Virus record (IMG/VR): IMGVR_UViG_3300042878_002054
Direction: 5' to 3' (one strand)
Length of the DNA: 64,000 nucleotides
Source of the DNA: an uncultured virus (IMG/VR IMGVR_UViG_3300042878_002054)
Lineage: Duplodnaviria; Heunggongvirae; Uroviricota; Caudoviricetes
In this document: positions 40,111-49,337 of the stretch, one piece after another
Numbering within the stretch: position 1 is the first letter of the stretch
How the letters are laid out: each line of letters begins with the position of its first letter
Translations under genes and position numbers: made by a program
Notes under the pieces: generated by a model
Told to the model about the DNA's origin: nothing
What the model saw: the letters and a program-made list of their open reading frames with translations, nothing else
Databases searched by the model: none

Positions 40111-40768
40111 AAAATTTGAAAGTTTTTCTAACGAAGACACTCTTTACGTGTTTGACTATGACGATACTTTAGTGGTGACACCAGACTTTGAGGAGCTGGC
40201 TATAGACTTTTTGAAAGAAAACGTGACGATTGAATCGTTACTCAACATGTCTATAAAAACAATAGGAATATCTCTATCAGATTTAAAATGGCAGGATGGT
40301 AGAATATACGTCGAGGACCCAAATGCCAAAATATCGGTACAGAATAATGACAAAAACTGGGTAAGAAAAGGTGCTAGAGTTTATCTTCTTCAACCAGACG
40401 AATTTGGTTTAAGTGACATGTCTCTTCCTACAATGACTACAGATCTAAAATCATTCTACAACTCTGTACAAAACAAATGTATAGTAACCGCGAGGCCGAT
40501 TCAAATGAGAGAAAAGGTTGAAAGGTCACTTGGAGAACTTGGATTAAACTATCCAAAATACGGAGTTCATATGTATCCTCACTTAAATCATTATAGAGCA
40601 GGTACTTGGAAAGGAAATAAGATAGTCGAGCTTATCGAAAAGACAGGATTCAAAAAGGTTGTTTTCTACGACGACAATCAAAAATACATAAAAGCGGCAA
40701 GTAAAGTGGTAAAAGAAGTTTTACCAGACTTTGACTATACCGCAATAAAGTATCAAAACAAAGCTTAA
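40097..40768 (+). CDS. HAD-superfamily phosphatase (resembles RNA-repair HADs)
   Basis: YVFDYDDTLV motif I, IVTAR motif II, K, FYDD motif IV; starts MTRIKKFESFSNE. Confidence 0.8.
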   Translation: MTRIKKFESFSNEDTLYVFDYDDTLVVTPDFEELAIDFLKENVTIESLLNMSIKTIGISLSDLKWQDGRIYVEDPNAKISVQNNDKNWVRKGARVYLLQPDEFGLSDMSLPTMTTDLKSFYNSVQNKCIVTARPIQMREKVERSLGELGLNYPKYGVHMYPHLNHYRAGTWKGNKIVELIEKTGFKKVVFYDDNQKYIKAASKVVKEVLPDFDYTAIKYQNKA

Positions 40769-41385
40769 GGTCTGAATCCTGCAGCTAAAGCTTCTTCCAT
40801 ATGTTTTTCACAGAATGGTAGATTTCCCTTTTCATCGAAATATCCATTCATAATACATTTATATTCATCGCAGTGATCCATACCGAAAGAATGTGAAAGC
40901 TCATGTATCGCAATCATTTCGATGTAAGATTTTTCTAAAAATGATGGTGAATCAATAGGATGTGGTATATAGATACTATTACCATAACAAAGACCTGTTT
41001 TAATATTTCCATTTGTACTTATTTTAGAATTTGTGACATAAATAGTTATTGACTCACTTTCATCATATACGAATGATCTTGTCAGTCCAAATTCATTTTG
41101 GAGAAGATCACAATCTTTATTATCATCGTTTTGATAAGATGTAGTTATAGGAGATTCGATTTTACATATGACACCATATTTATTTTCGATGATAGTCTTT
41201 ACAATATTCAAATCTTCTTTATTGAAATTGTCCAATCCTCTTATATAGACTTTTACATCAGAATTATCGGATACGATTTCATTATTTTCATTGTTTTCAA
41301 CATTTTCTTTAGAAGGTAAAGAATCATCAAAAAATAGTATGTAAGATGAGAATATTACGGCAAGAAGTACTAGTATGTTTTTCAT
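40765..41385 (-). CDS. Membrane-anchored archaemetzincin-like Zn metallopeptidase
   Basis: HELSHSFGMDHC...CIM...FCEKH; N-terminal hydrophobic anchor; TATATTTG at 41404..41411 supports the start at 41385. Confidence 0.8.
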   Translation of the reverse strand: MKNILVLLAVIFSSYILFFDDSLPSKENVENNENNEIVSDNSDVKVYIRGLDNFNKEDLNIVKTIIENKYGVICKIESPITTSYQNDDNKDCDLLQNEFGLTRSFVYDESESITIYVTNSKISTNGNIKTGLCYGNSIYIPHPIDSPSFLEKSYIEMIAIHELSHSFGMDHCDEYKCIMNGYFDEKGNLPFCEKHMEEALAAGFRP

Positions 41386-41414
41386 AGAGCTTTTTTGTTT
41401 ACACAAATATAAAC

Positions 41415-41446
41415 AAAAAAAAGCTTCTATTTAAAATAGAAGCTTT
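41415..41446. terminator. Intrinsic terminator
   Basis: AAAGCTTCTATTT-A-AAATAGAAGCTTT. Confidence 0.75.
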
Positions 41447-41478
41447 ATATTTTTAATTAAATTTTATTTTCCAAGTAT

Positions 41479-41524
41479 TCCATAGAAACCAAGATTCCTT
41501 CACCATATGGTTTATTTACTTTAC
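41479..41524. repeat. Dispersed 46-nt repeat, copy of 48575..48620
   Basis: 43/46 identical by manual alignment. Confidence 0.85.
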
Positions 41525-42202
41525 ACCAGGTGGCGGTACTATAAATGGAGTGGGTGCATCAGGAATCCAAACTTTTGTTCCAGGTGCAAAATCCAATAAG
41601 TCACCAGCGGTTTTACCAGTTCCTGACATACTTCCTTGAAATATTTCACCTAGTGTATCACCATATTCATGAGGATTTGAATATAGATTATTAAAAACAT
41701 TTATGGCCTCGTCGCGGGCTGCACCCGAAACTCCTCTTGTCATAAAATCTAATCCTTTATGAAAGTCGCCATTAGCACCTGGCCAATTTTTAATAGCTTC
41801 TATAACGTCTTCTGGAGGAGAATCTGGTGTAAGATGAGATCCTGTTTTGTCGTTAAGAATGTATGTGTAACCGGTTCCTCCATCTTCCCAATGACCATCT
41901 GGTCCTGGTTTTGGTGGCGGATCAACATGATTAGCTTTGTATATCATTCCGGCACCAGCCAATACTAAGGCTAATCCCAATCCAAACTGAGAGTTTTTCT
42001 CTTTGATGATTATACTTCTCAAATATTTTGCAGCCTCCGTTGGATCTTTACGATACAAATCAAGCAGTCGGTTTTGCTGTTCAATAGACAGCTTTTGTAT
42101 TTCGTCCCCAGCAGATTGCCCAGTAACGATTCTTCTCATTTTAGAACCAGTCGAAGCTAGTCCTTCATTAGCGAAGTTTTTGAAATTTTCTATTCTACTC
42201 AT
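41516..42202 (-). CDS. Hypothetical protein with one TM helix and N-terminal IENFKNFANE motif
   Basis: FGLGLALVLAGAGMIY. Confidence 0.75.
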   Translation of the reverse strand: MSRIENFKNFANEGLASTGSKMRRIVTGQSAGDEIQKLSIEQQNRLLDLYRKDPTEAAKYLRSIIIKEKNSQFGLGLALVLAGAGMIYKANHVDPPPKPGPDGHWEDGGTGYTYILNDKTGSHLTPDSPPEDVIEAIKNWPGANGDFHKGLDFMTRGVSGAARDEAINVFNNLYSNPHEYGDTLGEIFQGSMSGTGKTAGDLLDFAPGTKVWIPDAPTPFIVPPPGVK

Positions 42203-42211
42203 ATCTTTGGT

Positions 42212-43948
42212 TTATTTGTTATTATATTTTTCAAAAGAAGAAATATATCTTAAGCTTTCTTTATAGCTTTTCTCTTTTAATGGTGTAAGTCTAGATTTAA
42301 GAATTGGTTGGAAGTTAGTTGAAGTTGTGTATTCACCGTTTTTATCTTGATAAATAACGTCAACATATTCGTCTTTCAGTTCTTCTCTTTTTTTGTCATC
42401 ACCTGTAAGCCATTTTTTGTCTTTTCCAGATAAAGTATCATGTGTTAAAGAAACTACCTTAACTACTCTTTCTTTTCCTTCTCTGTTTTTATAGATGTAT
42501 TCTTGACCAACTTGTAAATCTGCATTTAAAGGTGTAAGTTTTGATATAAGAATCGGAACAAAGTTAGTTGTAGTTGTGTATTCACCGTCTTTATCTTGAT
42601 AGATAACGTCTACATATCCGTCTTTAAGTTTTTCTCTACTTTGGTCATCACCTGTAAGCCATTTTTTATCTTTTCCAGATAGAACATCGTTAGTCAATGA
42701 AACTACCTTAACTATTTTTTGACCTTTTTTACTAGTATAGATATACTCTTGACCAACTCTCAACTCAGATTTAGAAACTCTCATACTAGAGTTACTATAA
42801 CTCGTCGAGCTTGTGTTGTTCACGTTTGTGTTGTTCACATTCGTGTTGTTCACGTTTGTGTTGTTCGCACTTGTGTTGTTCACGTTTGTGTTGTTCACAT
42901 TCGTGTTGTTCACGTTTGTATTGCTTAAACTTGTGTTGTTCGTGTTGCTAGTGTTACTAATACTTGTATTTGCGATACTTGTATTTGTTATAGTAGTATT
43001 GTTGATATAGTAATAGTTAATATTTTGTACAAAAATGTTAGGAACATTAACAACTGCACAGTTACCACCAAACGCGATATGAAGATATGCCAAACAATCA
43101 TCTACGGTAGGATAAGGTTTACAAACCCAGATTGCTAATATAATCAACCCAGCCATCAACAACATACCACCAATAGCAGCCATTGCTATAGGACTCATTC
43201 CTAATGTTAATGCACCTAAACTAAGACCAGCAAATTTTAATATACCCATGATTATAAGACCATAAGTACCCTTTTTCATAATCTGAGAAACAACACCATT
43301 GAATCTAGCGTTTTTGACACCCAAAGCATGTGCTATTTTTTCAAACATTCCATAATACTTAACTTCATCATCACCAATAGAGTGTGCATCAGATTCGTTT
43401 ATTTTTATTTTTTCTCCTGCTTGTGCAAGCTGTTCAGGAGTAACTCCTTCTTTTTCCCAACCTACCAAATCTTTTCCTTTTTGACATAAAGTAGACCAGA
43501 TATTTCCAAATTTTGGCTTGTTGTTTTCATCCACCATATCGTTTCCAACGATGAACTCTTTAAGTGATCCAAGTGCTTCTTTGATTTTGTTCCACATTGC
43601 AGAACCAATCGATTTGATTTTCTCCCAAATACCACTAATCAGTTTTGATAAAGAAAAGTTTTTAAAGAAGTCTACAATCTTACCGAAAAAGGCAGCTATT
43701 GCATCTTTAACCGTATTAAAAACTTTTTTAGTTCCGTCCCATACTTGTCCAGCAACCTTTTTAGTTCCTGCCCATAAATCACTAGCCCAATTTTCGTTCA
43801 TGAAATAATCTAGAAATTCTTCATTTACTAAATCCTCTAAAGGAGTGATGATATCGTCTGCTGTAATATTCTGCTCTCTAAAAAAGTCGCATTCCTGAAG
43901 TCTGGATTCGTACATTTTTGTGTAATTTGAAAAATTATTAACTCTCAT
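42212..43948 (-). CDS. Membrane-segment protein with Asn-rich repeat and duplicated ~80-aa C-terminal domain
   Basis: Likely start MRVNNFSNY; hydrophobic hairpin; (NNTNV)n; two copies of VGQEYIY...KVVSLT.D.LSGKDKKWLTGDD...YVDVIYQDK.GEYTT. Confidence 0.75.
   Translation of the reverse strand: MRVNNFSNYTKMYESRLQECDFFREQNITADDIITPLEDLVNEEFLDYFMNENWASDLWAGTKKVAGQVWDGTKKVFNTVKDAIAAFFGKIVDFFKNFSLSKLISGIWEKIKSIGSAMWNKIKEALGSLKEFIVGNDMVDENNKPKFGNIWSTLCQKGKDLVGWEKEGVTPEQLAQAGEKIKINESDAHSIGDDEVKYYGMFEKIAHALGVKNARFNGVVSQIMKKGTYGLIIMGILKFAGLSLGALTLGMSPIAMAAIGGMLLMAGLIILAIWVCKPYPTVDDCLAYLHIAFGGNCAVVNVPNIFVQNINYYYINNTTITNTSIANTSISNTSNTNNTSLSNTNVNNTNVNNTNVNNTSANNTNVNNTNVNNTNVNNTSSTSYSNSSMRVSKSELRVGQEYIYTSKKGQKIVKVVSLTNDVLSGKDKKWLTGDDQSREKLKDGYVDVIYQDKDGEYTTTTNFVPILISKLTPLNADLQVGQEYIYKNREGKERVVKVVSLTHDTLSGKDKKWLTGDDKKREELKDEYVDVIYQDKNGEYTTSTNFQPILKSRLTPLKEKSYKESLRYISSFEKYNNK
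42811..42945 (-). repeat. 15-nt tandem repeat encoding NNTNV
   Basis: tt(t/c)gtgttgttcac units. Confidence 0.9.
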
Positions 43949-44014
43949 ACATGTTTTTTTATTTTTATAATACATTATATATTAAAATAAAAAACGCATT
44001 TTTTGAGTTTTAAC

Positions 44015-44042
44015 AAAAAAAGACACCATATGGTGTCTTTTT
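44015..44042. terminator. Terminator after the polB N-terminal half
   Basis: AAAAAGACACCA-TA-TGGTGTCTTTTT. Confidence 0.85.
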
Positions 44043-44044
44043 CT

Positions 44045-45571
44045 CTAAAGTTCTGCTTCAAGCTTCTCAATCTGGTTTTGTATGTCCTTATATTCTTCTT
44101 TTTTGTCCATCATCACCTTCTTGGCTTTCTTTCTATCTGCGTAGACATCTTCAAGCATTCTCAGTGTTGGAGAAAGTCTTTTTTCGAATACTGCACCATT
44201 CACACATAAAACATGTTTATCCAAATCGATTGGCCTACCATTATCACATTGTGATTTGTTGTTTGGATTCTGTATTCCAATGAAGTTTTCCGGTGCAATA
44301 AAGAATTGTCTTTGTGTTGTAGGATAAAGTGAGGCAAAATCGTATGTCACGCACCATCTGTTCATTCCAACTACAGGGTCTTTTACCCATCCACCAGCAA
44401 TAGTAGACTCAGCATCACCTCTATCTTCTTTAAAGAGTACGATGTTGTCTTGCTCTCTGAATCGATTTCTTAAAACTCCTTCTGTAATAGCCAAAGATCC
44501 TAAGGCGTTGTTCATCTGTGAAACTACGTCGACAATTCTAATCCTTGCTAACGATGAAATCGCATAAATGATTGATATGTAGTTTCTTGCATCGTGAATC
44601 TTTTGAACCAAAACACTATCGACCGCGTTATAATACATAAAAGTCTCAAAGTCATCTTCATAAAGCTTTTGTAAAGAACCATTGTACTTAATCTTATCAA
44701 CTCCAACTAACTTACTAGAAACAAAGTCTAAAGATGATGACTCTTTTACTTTAATAGAAGTATCACAGATTTCATACAGCTGCATGTAGTCAAAAATCAT
44801 CCTATGTGCAGGAACTTCATATTCTGTACCCCACATCTTATTGATTTTCTTTACAGGTGAAGATTCTGCAGGGTTTATCTTGTACTCTTTACCATTCATC
44901 CATTTAGAAAGCTTTCTAGATCTGTTCACTAAGAACAACCAGTCATATTGTAAGAAGTTCCATCCTGTAAGAACAGGCATCTTTGGAACCATTTTGTGAA
45001 AGAAAGCATAAAGCATATCAAATTCGTCTTCATATTTGACATATTTGAATTTATACTCTGTACCAAACTTCTCAAAATATTTGTTGGTGTTATTCAAAAT
45101 TCTTTCCTGCATATCATCAGGCATGTCTTTCAGACCAAGAAGTATAATCTTATCATCATAAACGATAGAGATAGAAAGAACTTGTGTTGAAGCACCTTCT
45201 TTTGTTACGTTTCCTTCTAAATCTTTGATATCGGCAGCTTCAGGGAATCCGTCTACAATCTCGGTCTCGATATCTATAAAGTATATCTTAGGAAGGTTAT
45301 ATTCGAATAGTTCTTCTTTTTCTGATTCTGGTAAAGCATCCATAAACTCATAGATTGCATATCTGTCTGGATGACTTACCTCAACGTGCTTAACACACTT
45401 TCCGTCCCAAGACTTAAATGTTGGATGTCTTTGAGGGTCGTCGTCTTCACAGGAAACGTACTTCATTGGGTTATCCCAGTCGTAGTATTTTAGTTTGATA
45501 TCACCGGTCTTGTCGACGTAGCTACATACTAGCTTTTTGGTGTGACTTAAAAATTGAGTTTCAATTAACAT
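44045..45571 (-). CDS. Family B DNA polymerase, N-terminal subunit (3'-5' exonuclease + motif A); split gp43-like
   Basis: FIDIET ExoI, TGWNFLQYD ExoII, YNAVD ExoIII, GGWVKDP, YDFASLYP; ends after DRKKAK without KxxxNSxYG or YGDTDS. Confidence 0.88.
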   Translation of the reverse strand: MLIETQFLSHTKKLVCSYVDKTGDIKLKYYDWDNPMKYVSCEDDDPQRHPTFKSWDGKCVKHVEVSHPDRYAIYEFMDALPESEKEELFEYNLPKIYFIDIETEIVDGFPEAADIKDLEGNVTKEGASTQVLSISIVYDDKIILLGLKDMPDDMQERILNNTNKYFEKFGTEYKFKYVKYEDEFDMLYAFFHKMVPKMPVLTGWNFLQYDWLFLVNRSRKLSKWMNGKEYKINPAESSPVKKINKMWGTEYEVPAHRMIFDYMQLYEICDTSIKVKESSSLDFVSSKLVGVDKIKYNGSLQKLYEDDFETFMYYNAVDSVLVQKIHDARNYISIIYAISSLARIRIVDVVSQMNNALGSLAITEGVLRNRFREQDNIVLFKEDRGDAESTIAGGWVKDPVVGMNRWCVTYDFASLYPTTQRQFFIAPENFIGIQNPNNKSQCDNGRPIDLDKHVLCVNGAVFEKRLSPTLRMLEDVYADRKKAKKVMMDKKEEYKDIQNQIEKLEAEL

Positions 45572-45593
45572 ATTTTCTTTTCTATTGTTTAGG

Positions 45594-45620
45594 TTATAGT
45601 CATGATATTCAACATGGTTT
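45594..45620 (-). promoter_or_regulatory. Putative middle promoter AAAC-N18-TATAA
   Basis: Upstream of polB. Confidence 0.5.
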
Positions 45621-45631
45621 AGTATAAAAAC

Positions 45632-45655
45632 AAAAAAGTCCGCTTAATAGCGGAC
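45632..45655 (-). terminator. Intrinsic terminator
   Basis: GTCCGCT-TAAT-AGCGGAC with a T-tail on the minus strand. Confidence 0.75.
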
Positions 45656-45678
45656 CTCTCTACAAAAAATGACAGGAT

Positions 45679-46188
45679 TTAAAAATCACAATCAAACCAT
45701 TCTACCAAAACGCCATTTCTGTCGTTTGTAAAAATAAGTTCATCTCTTCTCATGACATTATATTCATAATGATGTCCTAATTTGAAGAGTGTTCTAATGA
45801 ACGGAATATCTTCTCTTTCGTTTATTTCTTTTTCATCAACCATAAGACAAAGAATCTTTTTATTATCTTCCGCATTATAGCTGGTAAGTTCATCGTCATG
45901 ATCCTTCTCTAATCCATCCTTAGCATAAGTTATGAACTGAGTTTTCAATTCTTCACCTGAAGGAAGATATTTGATAGTGATATAATCACCTATCTCAATA
46001 TTTGGATTTTCTTCTTTCATATAAACTCTTGTCCAGAAATAAACTTTTTCTGGAGTTATTTCTACCTCTGGATCTTGTGATACATCATCTGACAATTCAG
46101 TAGTATCTAAATCTTTAAGTTGTTCCTGAACAAACTCATATAGTGTTTGAGGTCCATCTGCGTTTAAGACAAATTCTTTTTCTGGCAT
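45679..46188 (-). CDS. Hypothetical protein
   Basis: 169-aa acidic ORF. Confidence 0.75.
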   Translation of the reverse strand: MPEKEFVLNADGPQTLYEFVQEQLKDLDTTELSDDVSQDPEVEITPEKVYFWTRVYMKEENPNIEIGDYITIKYLPSGEELKTQFITYAKDGLEKDHDDELTSYNAEDNKKILCLMVDEKEINEREDIPFIRTLFKLGHHYEYNVMRRDELIFTNDRNGVLVEWFDCDF

Positions 46189-46204
46189 GTTTTTTTTATT
46201 ATTT

Positions 46205-47047
46205 TTAAATAGCGATTTCTAGTTTTGACGAAAGTTTTTGTATTCCTTCAATCCCAGATATTTTAAAATCGTCTATGGTTATAGAGTAAAAGTCACGATT
46301 TGTTGTTATGATTAATAACTCTATAGAAGGATTTACATCAGTAAGGTTAGTTCTACCCAATATTTCTGGTATTGAGTCTACGTGTCTATCATAAACGTGT
46401 AGGTTTTGAACTAAATGACAGAACTTACCTACTTTATATCCTACGTGATGTGCAACCATCATTTGAAGTGCAACATACTGAATCTTATTGATATAACCTG
46501 CCATTAGATAGTCATTAGAACGCTGATCTAAAGTCATATCTAAATAGTATTCACCTTCTATTTTTCTTACAGACCAAGTAGTCTTGTATGCACAAGGAAA
46601 CAATCCTTCAGTTTCTTCTAAATCAGTATATTGGTACATATCGATGATGTGTCTTCTAGAAAATGGATCGTTCTTCAATCCGTTCAAAAGCTTGTTCATC
46701 AAATCATATCTTTTTACTGTAGCACCATATCTTTGACCGATTGTGTCATCACCTACATTCCATTCATCCCACCAGTTGATTCCCATCTCTCTAGCTTCAA
46801 CCAAAGAGTTAGATTGTTTTTGATAGATCCAAAGAATCTCTCTGATTCCTGTTTTGATTGCGGTGTTTCTCAAAGTAGTGATTGGAAACTCACCTTTTGA
46901 AATATCATATTCTTCGAATACTCCTGTTATAAACTTTGAGTTTGCCGGAGTTCCGTCAGCCCATTTTGGACGAGGATTTTCATCCCAAGATCCTTCTTTT
47001 AAAATCTTTCTTAGGTTTTGGATATAGTACCAGTCTGCTTTTATCAT
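46205..47047 (-). CDS. thyA: Thymidylate synthase
   Basis: FPITTLR, EILWI, WWDEW, IGQRYG, SRRHI, LFPCAY, QRSND, NLHVYDRH. Confidence 0.95.
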   Translation of the reverse strand: MIKADWYYIQNLRKILKEGSWDENPRPKWADGTPANSKFITGVFEEYDISKGEFPITTLRNTAIKTGIREILWIYQKQSNSLVEAREMGINWWDEWNVGDDTIGQRYGATVKRYDLMNKLLNGLKNDPFSRRHIIDMYQYTDLEETEGLFPCAYKTTWSVRKIEGEYYLDMTLDQRSNDYLMAGYINKIQYVALQMMVAHHVGYKVGKFCHLVQNLHVYDRHVDSIPEILGRTNLTDVNPSIELLIITTNRDFYSITIDDFKISGIEGIQKLSSKLEIAI

Positions 47048-47601
47048 TCTAATAGTGTTTTTATTTTTTCATCTCTTATGAAAGCTTTGATGAAGTCGTT
47101 TGCGATTACATCGTTTATTATAGCATAAGAACGTCCTTTGTTATATTTAGTTTGAAGAAAATAGTTTTTTGAATCGGTGATTTCCTCAGAAAAATTAAAT
47201 AAAGGAATAGAGGAACTATCACTACATGTAGCTATCTTTCTTACCGGAATCTTATCTAAAAAGTTGATATATTTCTTAGTTGTGGTGTCGTTATTTGGAA
47301 ATAGATAATCATATAGATAATCAATATCGTCTATGAATATAAAGTCTATTCCATCTTTTAAAGAAATCTCTTCTATTACTTTGAGTGTATTTATATTGTT
47401 TTCGTCGTCAGAGGATAAAAATCGACATAACTCGTATCTTTGATTAAGAAAGTGTGTTTTCTCTTCAAATTCGTTTGTAGCTGCCAAAAATATTATTTTC
47501 ATGTTTAGTTGAGACTTCATATCATAAGCAAGTGCATGCAACGCAGAGCTTTTCCACGTAGCATTACTACCTACTATTATATTGAAGTTATTTTCAAACA
47601 T
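47044..47601 (-). CDS. Degenerate RecA/DnaB-like P-loop fold protein with C-terminal tag
   Basis: IIVGSNATWKSS (altered Walker A), IDFIFIDDIDYL (Walker B-like); ends IRDEKIKTLLE. Confidence 0.55.
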   Translation of the reverse strand: MFENNFNIIVGSNATWKSSALHALAYDMKSQLNMKIIFLAATNEFEEKTHFLNQRYELCRFLSSDDENNINTLKVIEEISLKDGIDFIFIDDIDYLYDYLFPNNDTTTKKYINFLDKIPVRKIATCSDSSSIPLFNFSEEITDSKNYFLQTKYNKGRSYAIINDVIANDFIKAFIRDEKIKTLLE

Positions 47602-48389
47602 TATTTATAAGGACAATTTTGTTTCCATTTAGGGTTATACCAAAAAGTTCTTCCGGTGTTGTCTCTACATGATAAGCCTTTCTGATAGAATACCCATTTG
47701 AGGAACTCTTCATAGTCTGTATCGAACGGATTCTTCCAATCTTGTAGCTGACCACCATTGAGTTGGTAAGCTTTCATCGGAATATCTCTACACATGTCAA
47801 GTATCTCTGGATTTCTTTTTATGACTAAGCGAGCTTCCTCAAAAGGATCAACATCAAGATAGTAAAGAATCGTCGATCTCAAATAGTTTCCAATCCCGTT
47901 AAAGTACTTCTGTTCTAAAAGAGCTTCACAGATTGGTTTACTGAAAGGCTTCAGATGAAGATTGTCTACGACGTTGGTTTTAAAGGTTTCAAACTCTTTA
48001 GTTGGGTCCGGACCTCTTTTTGTAGCAAATCCACCTACTTTGTATTTTGGTCCCATATAGAGGCCGTAAAGAAGTAAAGACCAGCCATCGGTTGTATCCA
48101 TTCGCATTCTGACAAACTTTCTATCAGTCCAATCTTTGGTGGGTATCCAGAGCCAGTTCCCTGACATTCCCATAAAGACGGATATCTTAAAAGATGCAAC
48201 ATCATGATATACTTTTAATACTAATTCTTTACCATTAGATTCAGATTCAAGACGGAAATCTCCATCTGCAAGTGTAAATTCCGAAGGAATATTGCCTTTC
48301 GCTACATCGTATATCTTGTTGAATTTCTTTTCTTTGGCATTGACGTTTATATAGTCAGCCATTATTTTTAATTCTGCTAATTCAGGCAT
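47601..48389 (-). CDS. Fpg/Nei-family DNA glycosylase (NEIL1-like)
   Basis: MPELAE, GKEL, MGMSG, LLEQKYFNGIGNYLR (H2TH), DNTGRTFWY. Confidence 0.9.
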   Translation of the reverse strand: MPELAELKIMADYINVNAKEKKFNKIYDVAKGNIPSEFTLADGDFRLESESNGKELVLKVYHDVASFKISVFMGMSGNWLWIPTKDWTDRKFVRMRMDTTDGWSLLLYGLYMGPKYKVGGFATKRGPDPTKEFETFKTNVVDNLHLKPFSKPICEALLEQKYFNGIGNYLRSTILYYLDVDPFEEARLVIKRNPEILDMCRDIPMKAYQLNGGQLQDWKNPFDTDYEEFLKWVFYQKGLSCRDNTGRTFWYNPKWKQNCPYK

Positions 48390-48636
48390 CTAATATGTCG
48401 TTTATTTTTTCGTTTCTTATCAAGTCTTGGTTTAGCTCAATGAGTTCTCTTAGTGATATTTCTCTAGTTACCCATCTACCATGACCAGCATCACTTGTAC
48501 CGGGATTCTCTGTTCCAAACCAAACAACACATTTTGTTCGTTCGTATGTAATATATAGCCCATTGAATTCAGTCTCCATAGAAACCAATATTCCTTCACC
48601 ATATGGTGTGTTTACTTTACTATGTATTCTTAACAT
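48382..48636 (-). CDS. Small SH3-like hypothetical protein with C-terminal tag
   Basis: KVNTPYGEGILV; ends IRNEKINDILDA. Confidence 0.7.
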   Translation of the reverse strand: MLRIHSKVNTPYGEGILVSMETEFNGLYITYERTKCVVWFGTENPGTSDAGHGRWVTREISLRELIELNQDLIRNEKINDILDA

Positions 48637-49022
48637 CAGTTACAATTCTTTTTTACCCACTTTACTAATATATCTCCGTGACAAGACTTTCCACCTCCAC
48701 CTTCATTTTTACACCAGCAACCAAGTACTTTATCTTTCAGTTCGTAAAGAGAGCTCATAAGTTCTTCATTTGAAAGAAGATACTCTTCATAAGCAGCAAC
48801 AATATCTTTTCTTGGAGTTCCTGGTGGAAAACTATTTCTGAGTTCTTTTGGATAAGCCCACTTATTGTACTTACCACCCTGCATTCGTCCAATATAAATA
48901 TCGAATGGCTCCTTTTTAAAGTGAACCACTCGAACCTTATGATCATATTTCTTTTCTGGCTTTTTGAAACTGTCAAAAAAATCATCCATGTCTTTCCTTT
49001 CTAATATCCTGTAATACCTCAA
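48636..49022 (-). CDS. DUF4326-like protein
   Basis: DIYIGR, KWAYP, LKDKVLGCWC, CHGDIL. Confidence 0.85.
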   Translation of the reverse strand: MRYYRILERKDMDDFFDSFKKPEKKYDHKVRVVHFKKEPFDIYIGRMQGGKYNKWAYPKELRNSFPPGTPRKDIVAAYEEYLLSNEELMSSLYELKDKVLGCWCKNEGGGGKSCHGDILVKWVKKNCN

Positions 49023-49332
49023 TACTAAGATCTAACTCTGGTAGATTCTCGTCTATTAGCTTGATGGCTTCCTTTCTTCCCTTTAGAAACCAATAAAGAA
49101 AGTGCAGTACGGTAAACATAGAAACCGTCATTATGTTTAATTTGAAAAAACCTAAGTATATGAATACTGAAGGTATCGCAAGAAATGGAATAAAGGACAC
49201 AATCCAAAAGAACGTCTCACTGAACAACTTTCTAAGAACCTTACAGAACCAAATATACCTATCTAATTTTCTTTTAGAATAGTACCTGGTCACAATCAGT
49301 TCGTCGTTTTTTACTTCTTGATAAGTTTTCAT
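48982..49332 (-). CDS. Small membrane protein
   Basis: Two hydrophobic segments. Confidence 0.7.
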   Translation of the reverse strand: MKTYQEVKNDELIVTRYYSKRKLDRYIWFCKVLRKLFSETFFWIVSFIPFLAIPSVFIYLGFFKLNIMTVSMFTVLHFLYWFLKGRKEAIKLIDENLPELDLSIEVLQDIRKERHG

Positions 49333-49337
49333 TATAT

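Noticed and set aside
44045..44047. TAG stop-codon reassignment (as in some large phages) to explain the short polB
   Set aside because: Long ORFs are intact in the standard code, several genes end cleanly in TAG, and a terminator follows with no polymerase motifs downstream.
48982..49332. N-terminus MKTYQE matching the start of the T4 IPIII targeting signal
   Set aside because: It lacks the following Phe, is a membrane protein in an early-type operon and has no late motif; probably coincidence.
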